Origin: Candidatus Velamenicoccus archaeovorus
GTDB taxonomy: Bacteria > Omnitrophota > Gorgyraeia > Velamenicoccales > Velamenicoccaceae
Direction: 5' to 3'
DNA length: 32,000 nucleotides
NCBI RefSeq assembly: GCF_004102945.1
Contig: NZ_CP019384.1
Coordinates: forward strand, 420,001-452,000
Shown: positions 16,750 to 25,546 of the stretch, piece by piece
Numbering within the stretch: the first letter of the stretch is position 1
Layout: every line of letters begins with the position of its first letter
The notes under the pieces: generated by a model
Database searches by the model: none
Told to the model about the DNA's origin: nothing
What the model saw: only the letters and a program-made list of their open reading frames with translations
Translations under genes and position numbers: made by a program

Positions 16750-17547
16750 ATGGACAAAGCGATCGGCGTATTTGATTCCGGCATCGGCGGCTTGACCGTC
16801 GTCAAAGAGCTCCTCAAACTTTTGCCTCACGAGGACATCGTTTATTTCGGCGATACCGCCCGCGTGCCTTACGGCGTCAAGTCCCGCGAGACGATCATCA
16901 AGTTTTCCCTGGAGAACACGCTCTTTCTCCTGCAGAAGAATGTCAAGGTGATCGTGGTCGCCTGCAATACGTCGTCGAGTCTGGCGCTTCCCGTGATCCG
17001 CCAGCATTTCAAGATCCCGATCATCGGCGTGATCCTCCCCGGCGCCAAAGAGGCGGTTTACGCCACCAAGAACGGCAGGGTCGGCGTCATCGGCACGCGC
17101 GCCACGATCAACAGCGGCGCCTATGAGCAGGAGATCAAGCGCCTGGACAACAAGATCAAGGTCTTCAGCCAGGCCTGCCCCATGTTTGTGCCGATCGTCG
17201 AGGAGGACTGGGTGAATGACGATATCGCCCTGCATGTGGCGCATAAGTATCTGGCGCCTTTAAGGGGGAAGAATATCGATACCCTGATTTTGGGGTGCAC
17301 CCACTACCCGCTGCTCAAGCCTAAGATCCATGCGATCATGGGCCGCGGCGTCCGCCTGATCGATTCCGCCCAGCAGGTGGCGCAGGAGGTGCGCCAGGTC
17401 TTGATCCAGGAGGGGCTTTTGAGCAAGAACAAAAAGAAATCGACGCGCGAATATTTCGTCAGCGATGAGGTGGCGATCTTTGCCAATGTCGCCAGCCGAT
17501 TCCTGGGCGAAAAACTCAAGGACGTCAAGAAAGCAGGAGTTTGTTGA
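16750..17547 (+). CDS. murI: Glutamate racemase
   Basis: GVFDSGIGGLTV, VVACNTSS and LILGCTHYPLL are canonical MurI motifs with both catalytic Cys contexts. Confidence 0.93.
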   Translation: MDKAIGVFDSGIGGLTVVKELLKLLPHEDIVYFGDTARVPYGVKSRETIIKFSLENTLFLLQKNVKVIVVACNTSSSLALPVIRQHFKIPIIGVILPGAKEAVYATKNGRVGVIGTRATINSGAYEQEIKRLDNKIKVFSQACPMFVPIVEEDWVNDDIALHVAHKYLAPLRGKNIDTLILGCTHYPLLKPKIHAIMGRGVRLIDSAQQVAQEVRQVLIQEGLLSKNKKKSTREYFVSDEVAIFANVASRFLGEKLKDVKKAGVC

Positions 17548-17558
17548 GAGAACAAACC

Positions 17559-17930
17559 ATGTATGAAGTTTGCGTTTCTATGAATTTCAGCGCAGCACAC
17601 AACCTGCGGGGCTACCAAGGCAAGTGCGAGGCGCTGCACGGCCATAACTGGAAAGTCGAGGTCATCCTGCGTTCGGCGCTCCTGGATAAGATCGGCATGG
17701 TGGAGGATTTTACGCTCATCAAAAGCAAGCTCAAAGAGGTTCTGGCCCTTTTCGACCATAAATATCTCAACACCCTGTCTTATTTCAAAAAGAAGAATCC
17801 GACGTCGGAAAATATCGCCAAGATCATTTACGGCAAGATGAAAGAGCGGATGAACGGTTCTTCTGTTCTTCTGGAGGCCGTCAAGGTCTGGGAGACGGAG
17901 ACGACCTTTGCTTCTTATCGCGAGCCATGA
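17559..17930 (+). CDS. queD: 6-carboxy-5,6,7,8-tetrahydropterin synthase
   Basis: FSAAHNLRGYQGKCEALHGHNWKVEV is a QueD/PTPS-type motif. About 123 aa from ATG 17559; the track start 17541 overlaps murI. Confidence 0.88.
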   Translation: MYEVCVSMNFSAAHNLRGYQGKCEALHGHNWKVEVILRSALLDKIGMVEDFTLIKSKLKEVLALFDHKYLNTLSYFKKKNPTSENIAKIIYGKMKERMNGSSVLLEAVKVWETETTFASYREP

Positions 17931-18586
17931 AGAAAGCCGTTGTGCTTTTATCGGGCGGGCTTGATTCTGCGACGGCGCTGTATCTGGCCAAAGCGAGAGG
18001 TTACGACGTCCATGCCCTTGTTTTTCGCTACGGTCAACGCCACGGCAAAGAAGTGAGGCGGGCGCTGGCGATCGCGCGCCGGCTGGATTGTCCTGCGCAG
18101 GTGCTTGGGATCAGATTGCCCTGGAGAGGGTCGGCGTTGCTGGACCGTTCAAAGCCGCTGCCGCAGGGCGGCAAGACGACGCACGGCATCCCGTTGACGT
18201 ACGTTCCGGCGCGCAATACGATCTTTTTGAGTTTTGCTTTGTCGTTCGCCGAGAGCATCGGTGCCCGCCGTATTTTCATCGGCGCCAATGCCCTGGATTA
18301 TTCCGGGTATCCGGATTGCCGGCCGCGGTATTACCGGGCCTGGCAGGGATTGGCGAGGCTTGCGACCAAGAGCGGGGTGGAGGGCGCGCCCATCAGGATC
18401 GAAACGCCGCTCTTGCACATGAAAAAATCGCAGATCATCAGGCTGGGGACAAAGCTTGGTGTTCCTTACCAGTTGACGTGGTCGTGTTACCGGGGTGCGG
18501 CCAGGCCTTGCGGCCGCTGTGACAGCTGTTTGTTGAGGGCCAAAGGTTTCAAAGAGGCCGGGATGAAGGATCCGGCGTTGTCATGA
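17927..18586 (+). CDS. queC: 7-cyano-7-deazaguanine synthase
   Basis: Has the VVLLSGGLDSATAL PP-loop and the C-terminal Zn-binding CxxCxxC context (CGRCDSCLLR). The start overlaps the queD stop. Confidence 0.92.
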   Translation: MKKAVVLLSGGLDSATALYLAKARGYDVHALVFRYGQRHGKEVRRALAIARRLDCPAQVLGIRLPWRGSALLDRSKPLPQGGKTTHGIPLTYVPARNTIFLSFALSFAESIGARRIFIGANALDYSGYPDCRPRYYRAWQGLARLATKSGVEGAPIRIETPLLHMKKSQIIRLGTKLGVPYQLTWSCYRGAARPCGRCDSCLLRAKGFKEAGMKDPALS

Positions 18587-19254
18587 AGGCAAAGATTGCT
18601 GAAATATTCGAGAGTATCCAGGGGGAAGGCCTCTATACGGGTGAGCGGCAGGTCTTTATCAGATTCTATGGCTGTAATTTGTCCTGTTCTTTTTGTGATA
18701 CGCCTTTGACGCATTATAGGGAATATACGGCGGAAAGTCTACGCCGCCAGATCGCCGCTTACGACGGCTGCCATTCCATATCTTTGACGGGGGGCGAACC
18801 GCTAGTCCAGGCGGAGTTCCTTGTTTCGTTTTTACCTTTGTTGCGCCAGGACCGGCCGAAGATATACCTGGAGACGAACGGTACGCTGTGGCGGGAATTT
18901 TCTCTGGTGCGCGACAATGTGGACATCGTGGCCATGGATATCAAGCTGCCTTCCAGCGGCGGGCAGAAGCCTTTTTGGGATGAGCACAAGAAATTTCTGG
19001 AGCTTGCCGCCGCGAAAGACGCCTTTGTCAAGATCGTCGTCGGTTTATCGACGCAGGCGCAAGATATCGTTGCCTCATCTGTTATCTTGGCTTCTTTCAG
19101 CGGCCGCATCCCTGTTGTCCTGCAGCCGGTATGGCAGGACATGGGGCCTAATGTTTTAGAGAAGATGGAGGCTTTCAAACGGCTTCTTGCCGAGCGCGGC
19201 GTGAATTCCGTGCATATCCTTTCCCAGGCCCATAAGCTGGCAGGGGTTAAATAG
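18583..19254 (+). CDS. queE: 7-carboxy-7-deazaguanine synthase (radical SAM)
   Basis: Has N-terminal EIFESIQGEGLYTGERQVFIRFYGCNLSCSFCDT (radical SAM CxxxCxxC). The start overlaps the queC stop. Confidence 0.9.
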   Translation: MKAKIAEIFESIQGEGLYTGERQVFIRFYGCNLSCSFCDTPLTHYREYTAESLRRQIAAYDGCHSISLTGGEPLVQAEFLVSFLPLLRQDRPKIYLETNGTLWREFSLVRDNVDIVAMDIKLPSSGGQKPFWDEHKKFLELAAAKDAFVKIVVGLSTQAQDIVASSVILASFSGRIPVVLQPVWQDMGPNVLEKMEAFKRLLAERGVNSVHILSQAHKLAGVK

Positions 19255-19283
19255 CTATAGGACTTCGTCCATAGGAAGGAAAC

Positions 19284-19676
19284 ATGAAAAAATCGTCTTA
19301 CGAAAATCTGCAAAATCACATACGTCGCCTAAAGACGCCGGAGATCGAGGTCTGGAAGAATCAATACCCGGACAAGCGTTTTGCCGTCCATATCGAGATC
19401 CCGGAATTCACGTGCATGTGTCCGAAGACCGGCCTGCCGGATTTCGCGGTGATCCTGATCGACTATGTCCCCGCCGAGGTCTGCGTCGAGCTGAAATCGC
19501 TCAAGGAATACTTGGTCTTCTACCGTAACGTCGGCATCTTCCATGAACATTTTGCCAATAAGCTGATGGATGATTTTGTGAAGGCGGCCCGGCCGCGCTG
19601 GGCCAAGATCGTCACGCGTTTTAATCCGAGGGGCGGGATCACGACCGTCGTGACGAGGGAGTATCGGGGGCGATGA
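19284..19676 (+). CDS. queF: NADPH-dependent 7-cyano-7-deazaguanine reductase (short, type I QueF)
   Basis: EFTCMCPKTGLPDFAVILIDYVP carries the QueF catalytic Cys motif, followed by the E(S/L)KSLK-type motif (ELKSLKEYL). Confidence 0.88.
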   Translation: MKKSSYENLQNHIRRLKTPEIEVWKNQYPDKRFAVHIEIPEFTCMCPKTGLPDFAVILIDYVPAEVCVELKSLKEYLVFYRNVGIFHEHFANKLMDDFVKAARPRWAKIVTRFNPRGGITTVVTREYRGR

Positions 19677-20512
19677 GAAAGATTTCATCCCAGGCGATCC
19701 GTGAATGCGTCAGTCGTCTTGTCTTGGAGGCCAATGTCCGCCTTAGGGGCGATGTGCGCCGCGCGATTTCGGCTGCGGCGGCCAGAGAAACCTCGGCCCG
19801 GGGCCGCAGGATCCTGCAGGAGCTCCTTGAAAATGCGAAGGTCGCCCGGCACGACAACCTGGCCTTATGTCAGGATACCGGCCTGCCTGTCGTTTTCGTC
19901 GAGATCGGCCCCGATGTGGATGTGAGCGGTGTTAACGTGACAGGGGCCGTGCAGGAAGGCGTGGCCCGAGGGTATCGAGAGGGTTTCTTCAGGGATTCTA
20001 TCGTCGCAGACCCTTTGCGTCGGGGAAAACCGGGTTTCGGGCCGTGTATCGTGCATACGTCGTTTGTCCGTAGCAAAGGGTTAAAGGTGACGCTCTTGCC
20101 TAAAGGGTTCGGTTGCGAGAACAAGACGCAGCTCAAGATGATGCCGCCCACGGCCGATGCAAAAGACATAGAGGATTTCATCGTTGAGGCTGTCAAAGAT
20201 ACCGGACCGGACGCTTGCCCGCCTTATATCGTCGGCGTCGGCATCGGAGGTAGCTCGGATTACGCCTGTCAGTTGGCCAAGGAAGCGCTTTTGCGGCCCA
20301 TTGACAAGAGGAGCCGCGCCCCGCATGTGGCGCGCATGGAAAAAGAACTCATCCAAAGGCTCAACCGTCTGGGCATCGGCCCGATGGGGCTTGGTGGTAA
20401 GACGACGGTCCTGGGCGTCAATATCTTGTTGTATCCCACTCATATCGCAGGTCTCCCCGTATGTGTCAATATCAGCTGTCATGTCTTAAGGAGCGCCAGT
20501 GAAATCCTTTAG
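19673..20512 (+). CDS. Fe-S hydro-lyase alpha subunit (class I fumarate hydratase / tartrate dehydratase family)
   Basis: 279 aa with LCQDTGLPVVFVEIG and GVGIGGSSD motifs of the class I fumarase N-terminal domain. The stop TAG is at 20510-20512. Confidence 0.85.
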   Translation: MRKISSQAIRECVSRLVLEANVRLRGDVRRAISAAAARETSARGRRILQELLENAKVARHDNLALCQDTGLPVVFVEIGPDVDVSGVNVTGAVQEGVARGYREGFFRDSIVADPLRRGKPGFGPCIVHTSFVRSKGLKVTLLPKGFGCENKTQLKMMPPTADAKDIEDFIVEAVKDTGPDACPPYIVGVGIGGSSDYACQLAKEALLRPIDKRSRAPHVARMEKELIQRLNRLGIGPMGLGGKTTVLGVNILLYPTHIAGLPVCVNISCHVLRSASEIL

Positions 20513-20732
20513 CCCAGAAAGGGCAGGTCTCCGCATTCCACATAGAGGAGGACCTAACCCAGAAAGGGTAGGTCTCCGCATGCCACATAGAGGAGGACCT
20601 AACCCAGAAAGGGTAGGTCTCCGCATGCCGCAGAAAGCGGCACCCCGCTTTAATAGGATAAGCGGGTGCGTCCCGCTGGACGGCATACTGGCTCATCCGA
20701 TTGAGCCAGGTAATCCGCATAGCGGAGGGCCT
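20511..20732 (+). repeat. Modular hairpin repeat, copy 4 (three 45-nt-type units only, the last one expanded), filling the fumarase alpha/beta gap
   Basis: Units at 20511-20555 and 20556-20600 differ by 1-2 nt from 16576-16620. The expanded unit 20601-20732 contains extra nested hairpins (CACCCCGCTT...AAGCGGGTG; CTGGCTC...GAGCCAG). Confidence 0.85.
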
Positions 20733-20735
20733 AAC

Positions 20736-21278
20736 ATGATTCGTCTTTCGACACCCCTGGATCTTTCTGTCCTGAAGTCCCTTCAGGCCGGCGATGAGGT
20801 CTTGTTTTCCGGCAAACTCCTGACGGCCCGAGACCAGGCGCATAAGAGGATCGTTGAGGCGCTCAAGAAAGGGACAAGGTCTCCCGTCGATGTCAGGGGC
20901 CGTGTTGTTTATTACTGCGGTCCGACAAAGATGAGGCCCGGCAGGGCGATCGGTTCCTGCGGCCCGACCACAGCAAGCCGCATGGACAAGATGACCGTGC
21001 CTCTGCTTAAAGCAGGCCTGAAAGGCATGATCGGCAAAGGGCGTCGTTCAGAGGAGGTGCGTCGCGCCATTCGCAAGTACGGGGCGGTTTATTTTCTGGC
21101 GACCGGCGGTGCCGGAGCCCTTTTGTCTAAAAAGGTCAAGTCCGCCCGTCTTGTCTGTTACGCAGACCTGGGTCCGGAGGCCGTCGTAGAGATGACCGTC
21201 AAGGATTTTCCTCTGATCGTCGGTATCGATGCAAGAGGCAGGGATATTTTTTCCATTCACGAAAGGACAAGACGATGA
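20736..21278 (+). CDS. Fe-S hydro-lyase beta subunit (class I fumarate hydratase C-terminal domain family)
   Basis: 180 aa from ATG 20736 ([10 protein letters not shown]...), with [14 protein letters not shown] and GPTTASRMD motifs. GGAGG lies 7 nt upstream. The track's 20499 start adds 79 aa translated from the repeat. Confidence 0.85.
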   Translation: MIRLSTPLDLSVLKSLQAGDEVLFSGKLLTARDQAHKRIVEALKKGTRSPVDVRGRVVYYCGPTKMRPGRAIGSCGPTTASRMDKMTVPLLKAGLKGMIGKGRRSEEVRRAIRKYGAVYFLATGGAGALLSKKVKSARLVCYADLGPEAVVEMTVKDFPLIVGIDARGRDIFSIHERTRR

Positions 21279-21991
21279 ATCGTTCCGATGGCCGTTCGAC
21301 GGATATGTTGAGAAAGGTGAAGGTGACGCGTAAATTCCTCAAGCACGCCGAAGGGTCGTGCTTGATCGAGGTCGGCGAGACGAAGGTCATTTGTTCGGCA
21401 AGCGTCGAAGAGACAGTACCGCTTTTTTTGAAGGGTAAGAATGAAGGGTGGGTCACGGCCGAGTACGGAATGCTGCCGCGTTCCTGCGAGACGCGCGTCA
21501 ACCGCGAGAAGCAGAGATCCGGCCGCACGTTTGAGATCCAGCGGCTGGTCGGCAGGTCTCTGCGGACGGCCGTGGCCATGCGCGAACTGGGGGAGAGGAC
21601 CATCACCCTCGACTGCGACGTCATCCAGGCCGATGGCGGCACGAGGACCGCGTCCATCACGGGGAGCTTTATCGCGCTGGTCGATTGCCTCGACGTCATG
21701 AGAAAGCGCAAGATGATCCGGCGCATCCCGATCACGGATTTCGTCGCCGCGACCAGCGTCGGCATCGTCGACGGGGCCACCCTGTTGGATCTGACATACG
21801 AAGAGGATTCGAAAGCGGAAGTCGACATGAACGTCGTCATGGTCTCCAGCGGCAGCTTCATCGAGATCCAGGGCACGGCGGAACGCAAGCCGTTTTCCAA
21901 GGAACAGATGGATGTGCTCCTGGGGCTGGCCCAAAAAGGCATTACGCGGCTTATCGAGATGCAGAAAGACCTGCTGAAAGACGTGCAATAA
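21275..21991 (+). CDS. rph: Ribonuclease PH
   Basis: 238 aa with [44 protein letters not shown] and [18 protein letters not shown], which are canonical for RNase PH. Confidence 0.93.
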   Translation: MNRSDGRSTDMLRKVKVTRKFLKHAEGSCLIEVGETKVICSASVEETVPLFLKGKNEGWVTAEYGMLPRSCETRVNREKQRSGRTFEIQRLVGRSLRTAVAMRELGERTITLDCDVIQADGGTRTASITGSFIALVDCLDVMRKRKMIRRIPITDFVAATSVGIVDGATLLDLTYEEDSKAEVDMNVVMVSSGSFIEIQGTAERKPFSKEQMDVLLGLAQKGITRLIEMQKDLLKDVQ

Positions 21992-22010
21992 CGTGAAACT
22001 TCCCGCCCGG

Positions 22011-22616
22011 ATGATAGAGCTTGTGGTGGCGACGAAAAACAAAAAAAAGCTCCAGGAGATCAGGGAGCTTTTGAAAGATTTGCCGCTGCGCGTGACGTCC
22101 CTTGAAGATTATCCGGATGCGCCCCGCATCGTCGAAGACGGCAGGACTTTCGAGCAGAACGCCATCAAAAAGGCGGCCACGATCGCCCTTTGCACCCGCA
22201 AGCTGGTCCTGGGCGAGGATTCCGGTCTTGAAGTCAAGGCGTTGCATAACCGTCCCGGTGTCTATTCCGCACGCTACGCCGGCGAGGACGCCACCGACCT
22301 CAAAAATAACCGCAGGCTTCTGCTAGAACTCAAAGGTGTGCCGTTGAAGAAGAGGGGTGGGCGTTACCGCTGCGCCGTGGCCTTGGCCGACGGTCAGGGG
22401 CTGATCGGCGTGGTCAGCGGCTCCTGTTCCGGCACGATCGCGCTTGAGCCGAAAGGGACGTTCGGGTTCGGTTATGACCCTTTGTTTTTGATCGGGAAGT
22501 TCGGCAAGACCTTCGCCCAGCTTGGGCCGGAGGTCAAGCATGCGATGAGCCATCGTTTCCGCGCCCTTAAAAAAGCCCGTCGGTTGATCCTGGAATACCT
22601 TTCACGGAATGCCTAA
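22011..22616 (+). CDS. rdgB: dITP/XTP pyrophosphatase (RdgB/HAM1 family)
   Basis: LVVATKNKKKLQEI, EDSGLEV, FGYDPLF and SHR motifs are present, and it forms the classic rph-rdgB pair. The start is ATG 22011 (MIELVVATKN) or GTG 21993. Confidence 0.88.
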   Translation: MIELVVATKNKKKLQEIRELLKDLPLRVTSLEDYPDAPRIVEDGRTFEQNAIKKAATIALCTRKLVLGEDSGLEVKALHNRPGVYSARYAGEDATDLKNNRRLLLELKGVPLKKRGGRYRCAVALADGQGLIGVVSGSCSGTIALEPKGTFGFGYDPLFLIGKFGKTFAQLGPEVKHAMSHRFRALKKARRLILEYLSRNA

Positions 22617-22825
22617 TTCCGAAATCCGAAGACGAAATAAATCCAAATTTGTCCAATGACCCTGCGCGGCCTAAAGCTCCGCCCTTTAGGGCGCAAGAGT
22701 GTTGTGGCTGCTTAGAGGTACCCGGAACATTTAGGCCAGGGAATATGGGTTGACTAAAAAATTTGTCATTGAGGTATTCGGTATTTATTCGGCATTAGAT
22801 ATCAGGAATTCGGAATTTGTGTATT

Positions 22826-25546
22826 TTAAGGCGCGATGTTGGAGAGGAAGTCTTGAATTTTATTGAAGATGTTTTTGGTGATGGGTTGCAGTTTGTATTG
22901 CGGTTTTTGGATGTTGCCCGTGATATTGATCGCCGTCATGCCGCCTGCGGTATTGATGACATCCCCGATAGGGGATTGTCCGGGGCCTGTCGTTGGGACC
23001 TGAGTGACCGCCATCAGATCCAGCGTCCCGTCGAAGCCGATCCTTCCTTTGACCAGTAGTTCCACGTCTTGTCCCATCAGATCCAGATTTTCCGTCATCA
23101 ACCAGCCGTCTTTGATCGAGAAATCTCCCGTCGCATGGCTGAATGAGAGAGTATCGAAGCGCGGCATGAAGATGAAACTTCCAAGTCCCTTGAGCGGGTT
23201 GAATTCCCAGATATTGCCGTCCGTCACGACGATCTGCCCCTGGCCGCTGATCGATTTCGGGTCCGTCCCTGCGCCATCGGCAACGGCCTGGAGGCTGAGC
23301 TTGCCGTAAAAAGTCTTGCCTTTCAAGTCCGGGATGTCGTTTTTGAGGAGGTTCAGGTCGAGGTCTTTGATCTCGCCCGTCACTGAATAGCGGGGCCTGG
23401 GCGTGTTTAAGATCAGCCGGCCTTTGATGACGGCCGGGCCGTTGTAGGCCGTAAAGTTCAGAAAATTGATAAGGCCCTGCCCGGCTGTCTGCGTATAGTT
23501 GAGCGCGATGTCTTTGATGGTGAATCCTTTGACGTGTACGGCCTTGCTGGTGATGTTGGAGTTGATCTTCCAGGATGTCCACTCTTTGGCCGGGCCTGCG
23601 GCATTGAGCTGGATATGGCAGAGGCCGTTGAGGTCGACGGGTTTTTCAAAGACGGCCTTCTGCGGCACCCACTCTTTGAGGTCTGTGATATTGATGTCGC
23701 CGCCGGCATTCAAATGAAAGGCGGCCGTAGCCAGGTCGTACTGTCCGGAGCCTTCCAGTTGTGAATCCTTGACGGAGATTTTTAAAGAAGGGATGTCGAG
23801 AGCATTGTTTGTTTTGTTGATGTGGGCCTCCAGCATCATGTCTTGCGCTGCCGCCTTCACGACACAGGAAGATGTTTGGAAGCCCTTCCATGTGCCGTCC
23901 AGGTCAAAGGCCCGCCCCAGAAGAGAGAGGCCTTCCAGGTGCCATGCGATTCTTTCTTCCTGCGTATTGAAGCTCACGCGTCCGCCCGAAGCTTTGAGCG
24001 GACTGGCGGCGTCTAAGACGATGACGGGTTCCTGCAGAAGGATGTCTCCCTCAAAGGATGTTTTTTTATGGGCGAGGTCGGCGAGGATATGGATGGTCGC
24101 GTCAGCCTCGCCGGAGAGTTCCGTAACGGGCCCGCCATAATATTCTTTGATGACAGGCAGGAGTGTCTGGAGTCCTATTTTTCCCGAGGCCTTGAGATTG
24201 AGAGCGTTATCCTTGAGCGAGCCGCTGGCGGTGATCGTCGTTCCCAGAACTTCCGCGCTCATCTGGGTCAGGCTGATATTCTTTTCTTCAAAAGATGCCT
24301 GAAGGGATGCGATTTTTATTTGTCCGACATAAGGCAGGCCGCTGAGTGTACCGGAGGTGACGTCCAGACTGCCTTTGTATTTCAGCGGGATATTTTTGAC
24401 ATCTGTCGTGTCGGGCCGCGGGATATCGATTTGCGCATGGACAGAGGCATTGATGCCGGCTGCTTTGATGTCTCCGCTTTGGCCTCGCAGGTCTGCGACG
24501 GTAAAGTCGGAGATAATGCCGATGACAGCCTGACCGCAGGTGATGTCGGCATGCGCGCCGGTCATGCGGGCCTCTGCCTGGAGGGGCGCTGTTGAGCGCA
24601 GGGCCGCCTGGACGACATCCAGTTGTCCTTTGCCTTGCCATGCCGACCAGTTGTCCGTCGGGACGGAGAAGGAAAAGTTTGCATTGATCTCGGCGTCGCT
24701 CACGGCGATATCCTGGTATACCGCATTGATCTTTTTGGAGCGCAGCTGGATCTGGGACGAAAAGGTTTTTTGTTCCTGGAGGGTAAAACTCGCCTCGAGC
24801 GTATCAACGAACCCTTGCGTCGGCGCATAGGGCGCGCCTGGGAGGTAATCCAGGTAACGCGCCATATCGAGATCGCGCAGGACGATGCGGCCGCTCAAGT
24901 TTTTTGTGCCGTAGGCATAGTCTGCGTCTATGGAGATGTATGTTGTCGCATCGCCGCGTATGATCTCGGTTGATGCGCTAAGGATAGCTTTGTTAAATCC
25001 CAGGCGCGCTTCCGCTTGTTTAAGGCGGAGACGGGCTGTTGCCGCAGGTTCGATGGTCTCATCTGTCCAGAGGATCGCACTGTCTTTGAGATTGACCTGC
25101 CTGACGATGACGCTTGGCATGGAAGCCGTCGTGTCCGTTTTTTTCGGTTTTATCTTCTCCAGGAGATAGGCGATGGTGAGTGTGCCGTCTTTGCGGCGGC
25201 CGATGGTCAGCGTCGCCTCCCTGACGGACAAAGAGGGGATGATGATCTTTTTTTCCTTGAAGGACGGCAGGATAAGGAATCCGGCAGAGAGCTCTTTGAT
25301 CTCGGCCAGGCGCTGTTGAGGCGTGTCTTTGTCGTAAATGACGAGGTCTTTGAGCACCAGGCCTTTCAGGAGATTGAGGCGCAGGCCCCCAAGGGTCACT
25401 TTGGAAGCTGTGAAATCCGAAAGCCCCTGGACGATCTTCTGGCGCACGACTGAAGGCAAAAGGACCTTGTTGATGTAATAAAATCCCCCTGCCAAAAAGG
25501 CAATGAAGACAAGACAAAGAATAAGTATTATGGAGCGTTTTTTCAT
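22826..25546 (-). CDS. Large AsmA/TamB-like envelope protein
   Basis: 906 aa with an N-terminal anchor (IILILCLVFIAFLAGGFYYI). The body is long, repetitive and beta-rich, and the C-terminus (GTLDLMAVTQVP...) resembles AsmA-like proteins. It is the only long - strand gene in this half of the window. Confidence 0.6.
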   Translation of the reverse strand: MKKRSIILILCLVFIAFLAGGFYYINKVLLPSVVRQKIVQGLSDFTASKVTLGGLRLNLLKGLVLKDLVIYDKDTPQQRLAEIKELSAGFLILPSFKEKKIIIPSLSVREATLTIGRRKDGTLTIAYLLEKIKPKKTDTTASMPSVIVRQVNLKDSAILWTDETIEPAATARLRLKQAEARLGFNKAILSASTEIIRGDATTYISIDADYAYGTKNLSGRIVLRDLDMARYLDYLPGAPYAPTQGFVDTLEASFTLQEQKTFSSQIQLRSKKINAVYQDIAVSDAEINANFSFSVPTDNWSAWQGKGQLDVVQAALRSTAPLQAEARMTGAHADITCGQAVIGIISDFTVADLRGQSGDIKAAGINASVHAQIDIPRPDTTDVKNIPLKYKGSLDVTSGTLSGLPYVGQIKIASLQASFEEKNISLTQMSAEVLGTTITASGSLKDNALNLKASGKIGLQTLLPVIKEYYGGPVTELSGEADATIHILADLAHKKTSFEGDILLQEPVIVLDAASPLKASGGRVSFNTQEERIAWHLEGLSLLGRAFDLDGTWKGFQTSSCVVKAAAQDMMLEAHINKTNNALDIPSLKISVKDSQLEGSGQYDLATAAFHLNAGGDINITDLKEWVPQKAVFEKPVDLNGLCHIQLNAAGPAKEWTSWKINSNITSKAVHVKGFTIKDIALNYTQTAGQGLINFLNFTAYNGPAVIKGRLILNTPRPRYSVTGEIKDLDLNLLKNDIPDLKGKTFYGKLSLQAVADGAGTDPKSISGQGQIVVTDGNIWEFNPLKGLGSFIFMPRFDTLSFSHATGDFSIKDGWLMTENLDLMGQDVELLVKGRIGFDGTLDLMAVTQVPTTGPGQSPIGDVINTAGGMTAINITGNIQKPQYKLQPITKNIFNKIQDFLSNIAP

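Noticed and set aside
17548-17558. Looked for a preQ1 riboswitch upstream of the queDCEF genes.
   Set aside because: Only 11 nt separate murI and queD, and queD-queC-queE overlap, so there is no room for an aptamer. The que genes appear to be transcribed with murI.
20499-20735. N-terminal 79-aa extension of the fumarase beta subunit in the ORF track (MKSFSPERAGLRIPHRGGPNPERVGL...).
   Set aside because: It is a translation of the tandem 45-nt repeat units and starts inside the alpha-subunit coding end. Family-typical sequence begins at ATG 20736, which has a GGAGG 7 nt upstream.
22664-22694. Bulged hairpin GCGCGGCCTAAAG...CTTTAGGGCGC considered as a terminator for rdgB.
   Set aside because: No U-tract follows on either strand, so it was not annotated as a terminator. 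It is only noted within the convergent-spacer finding.
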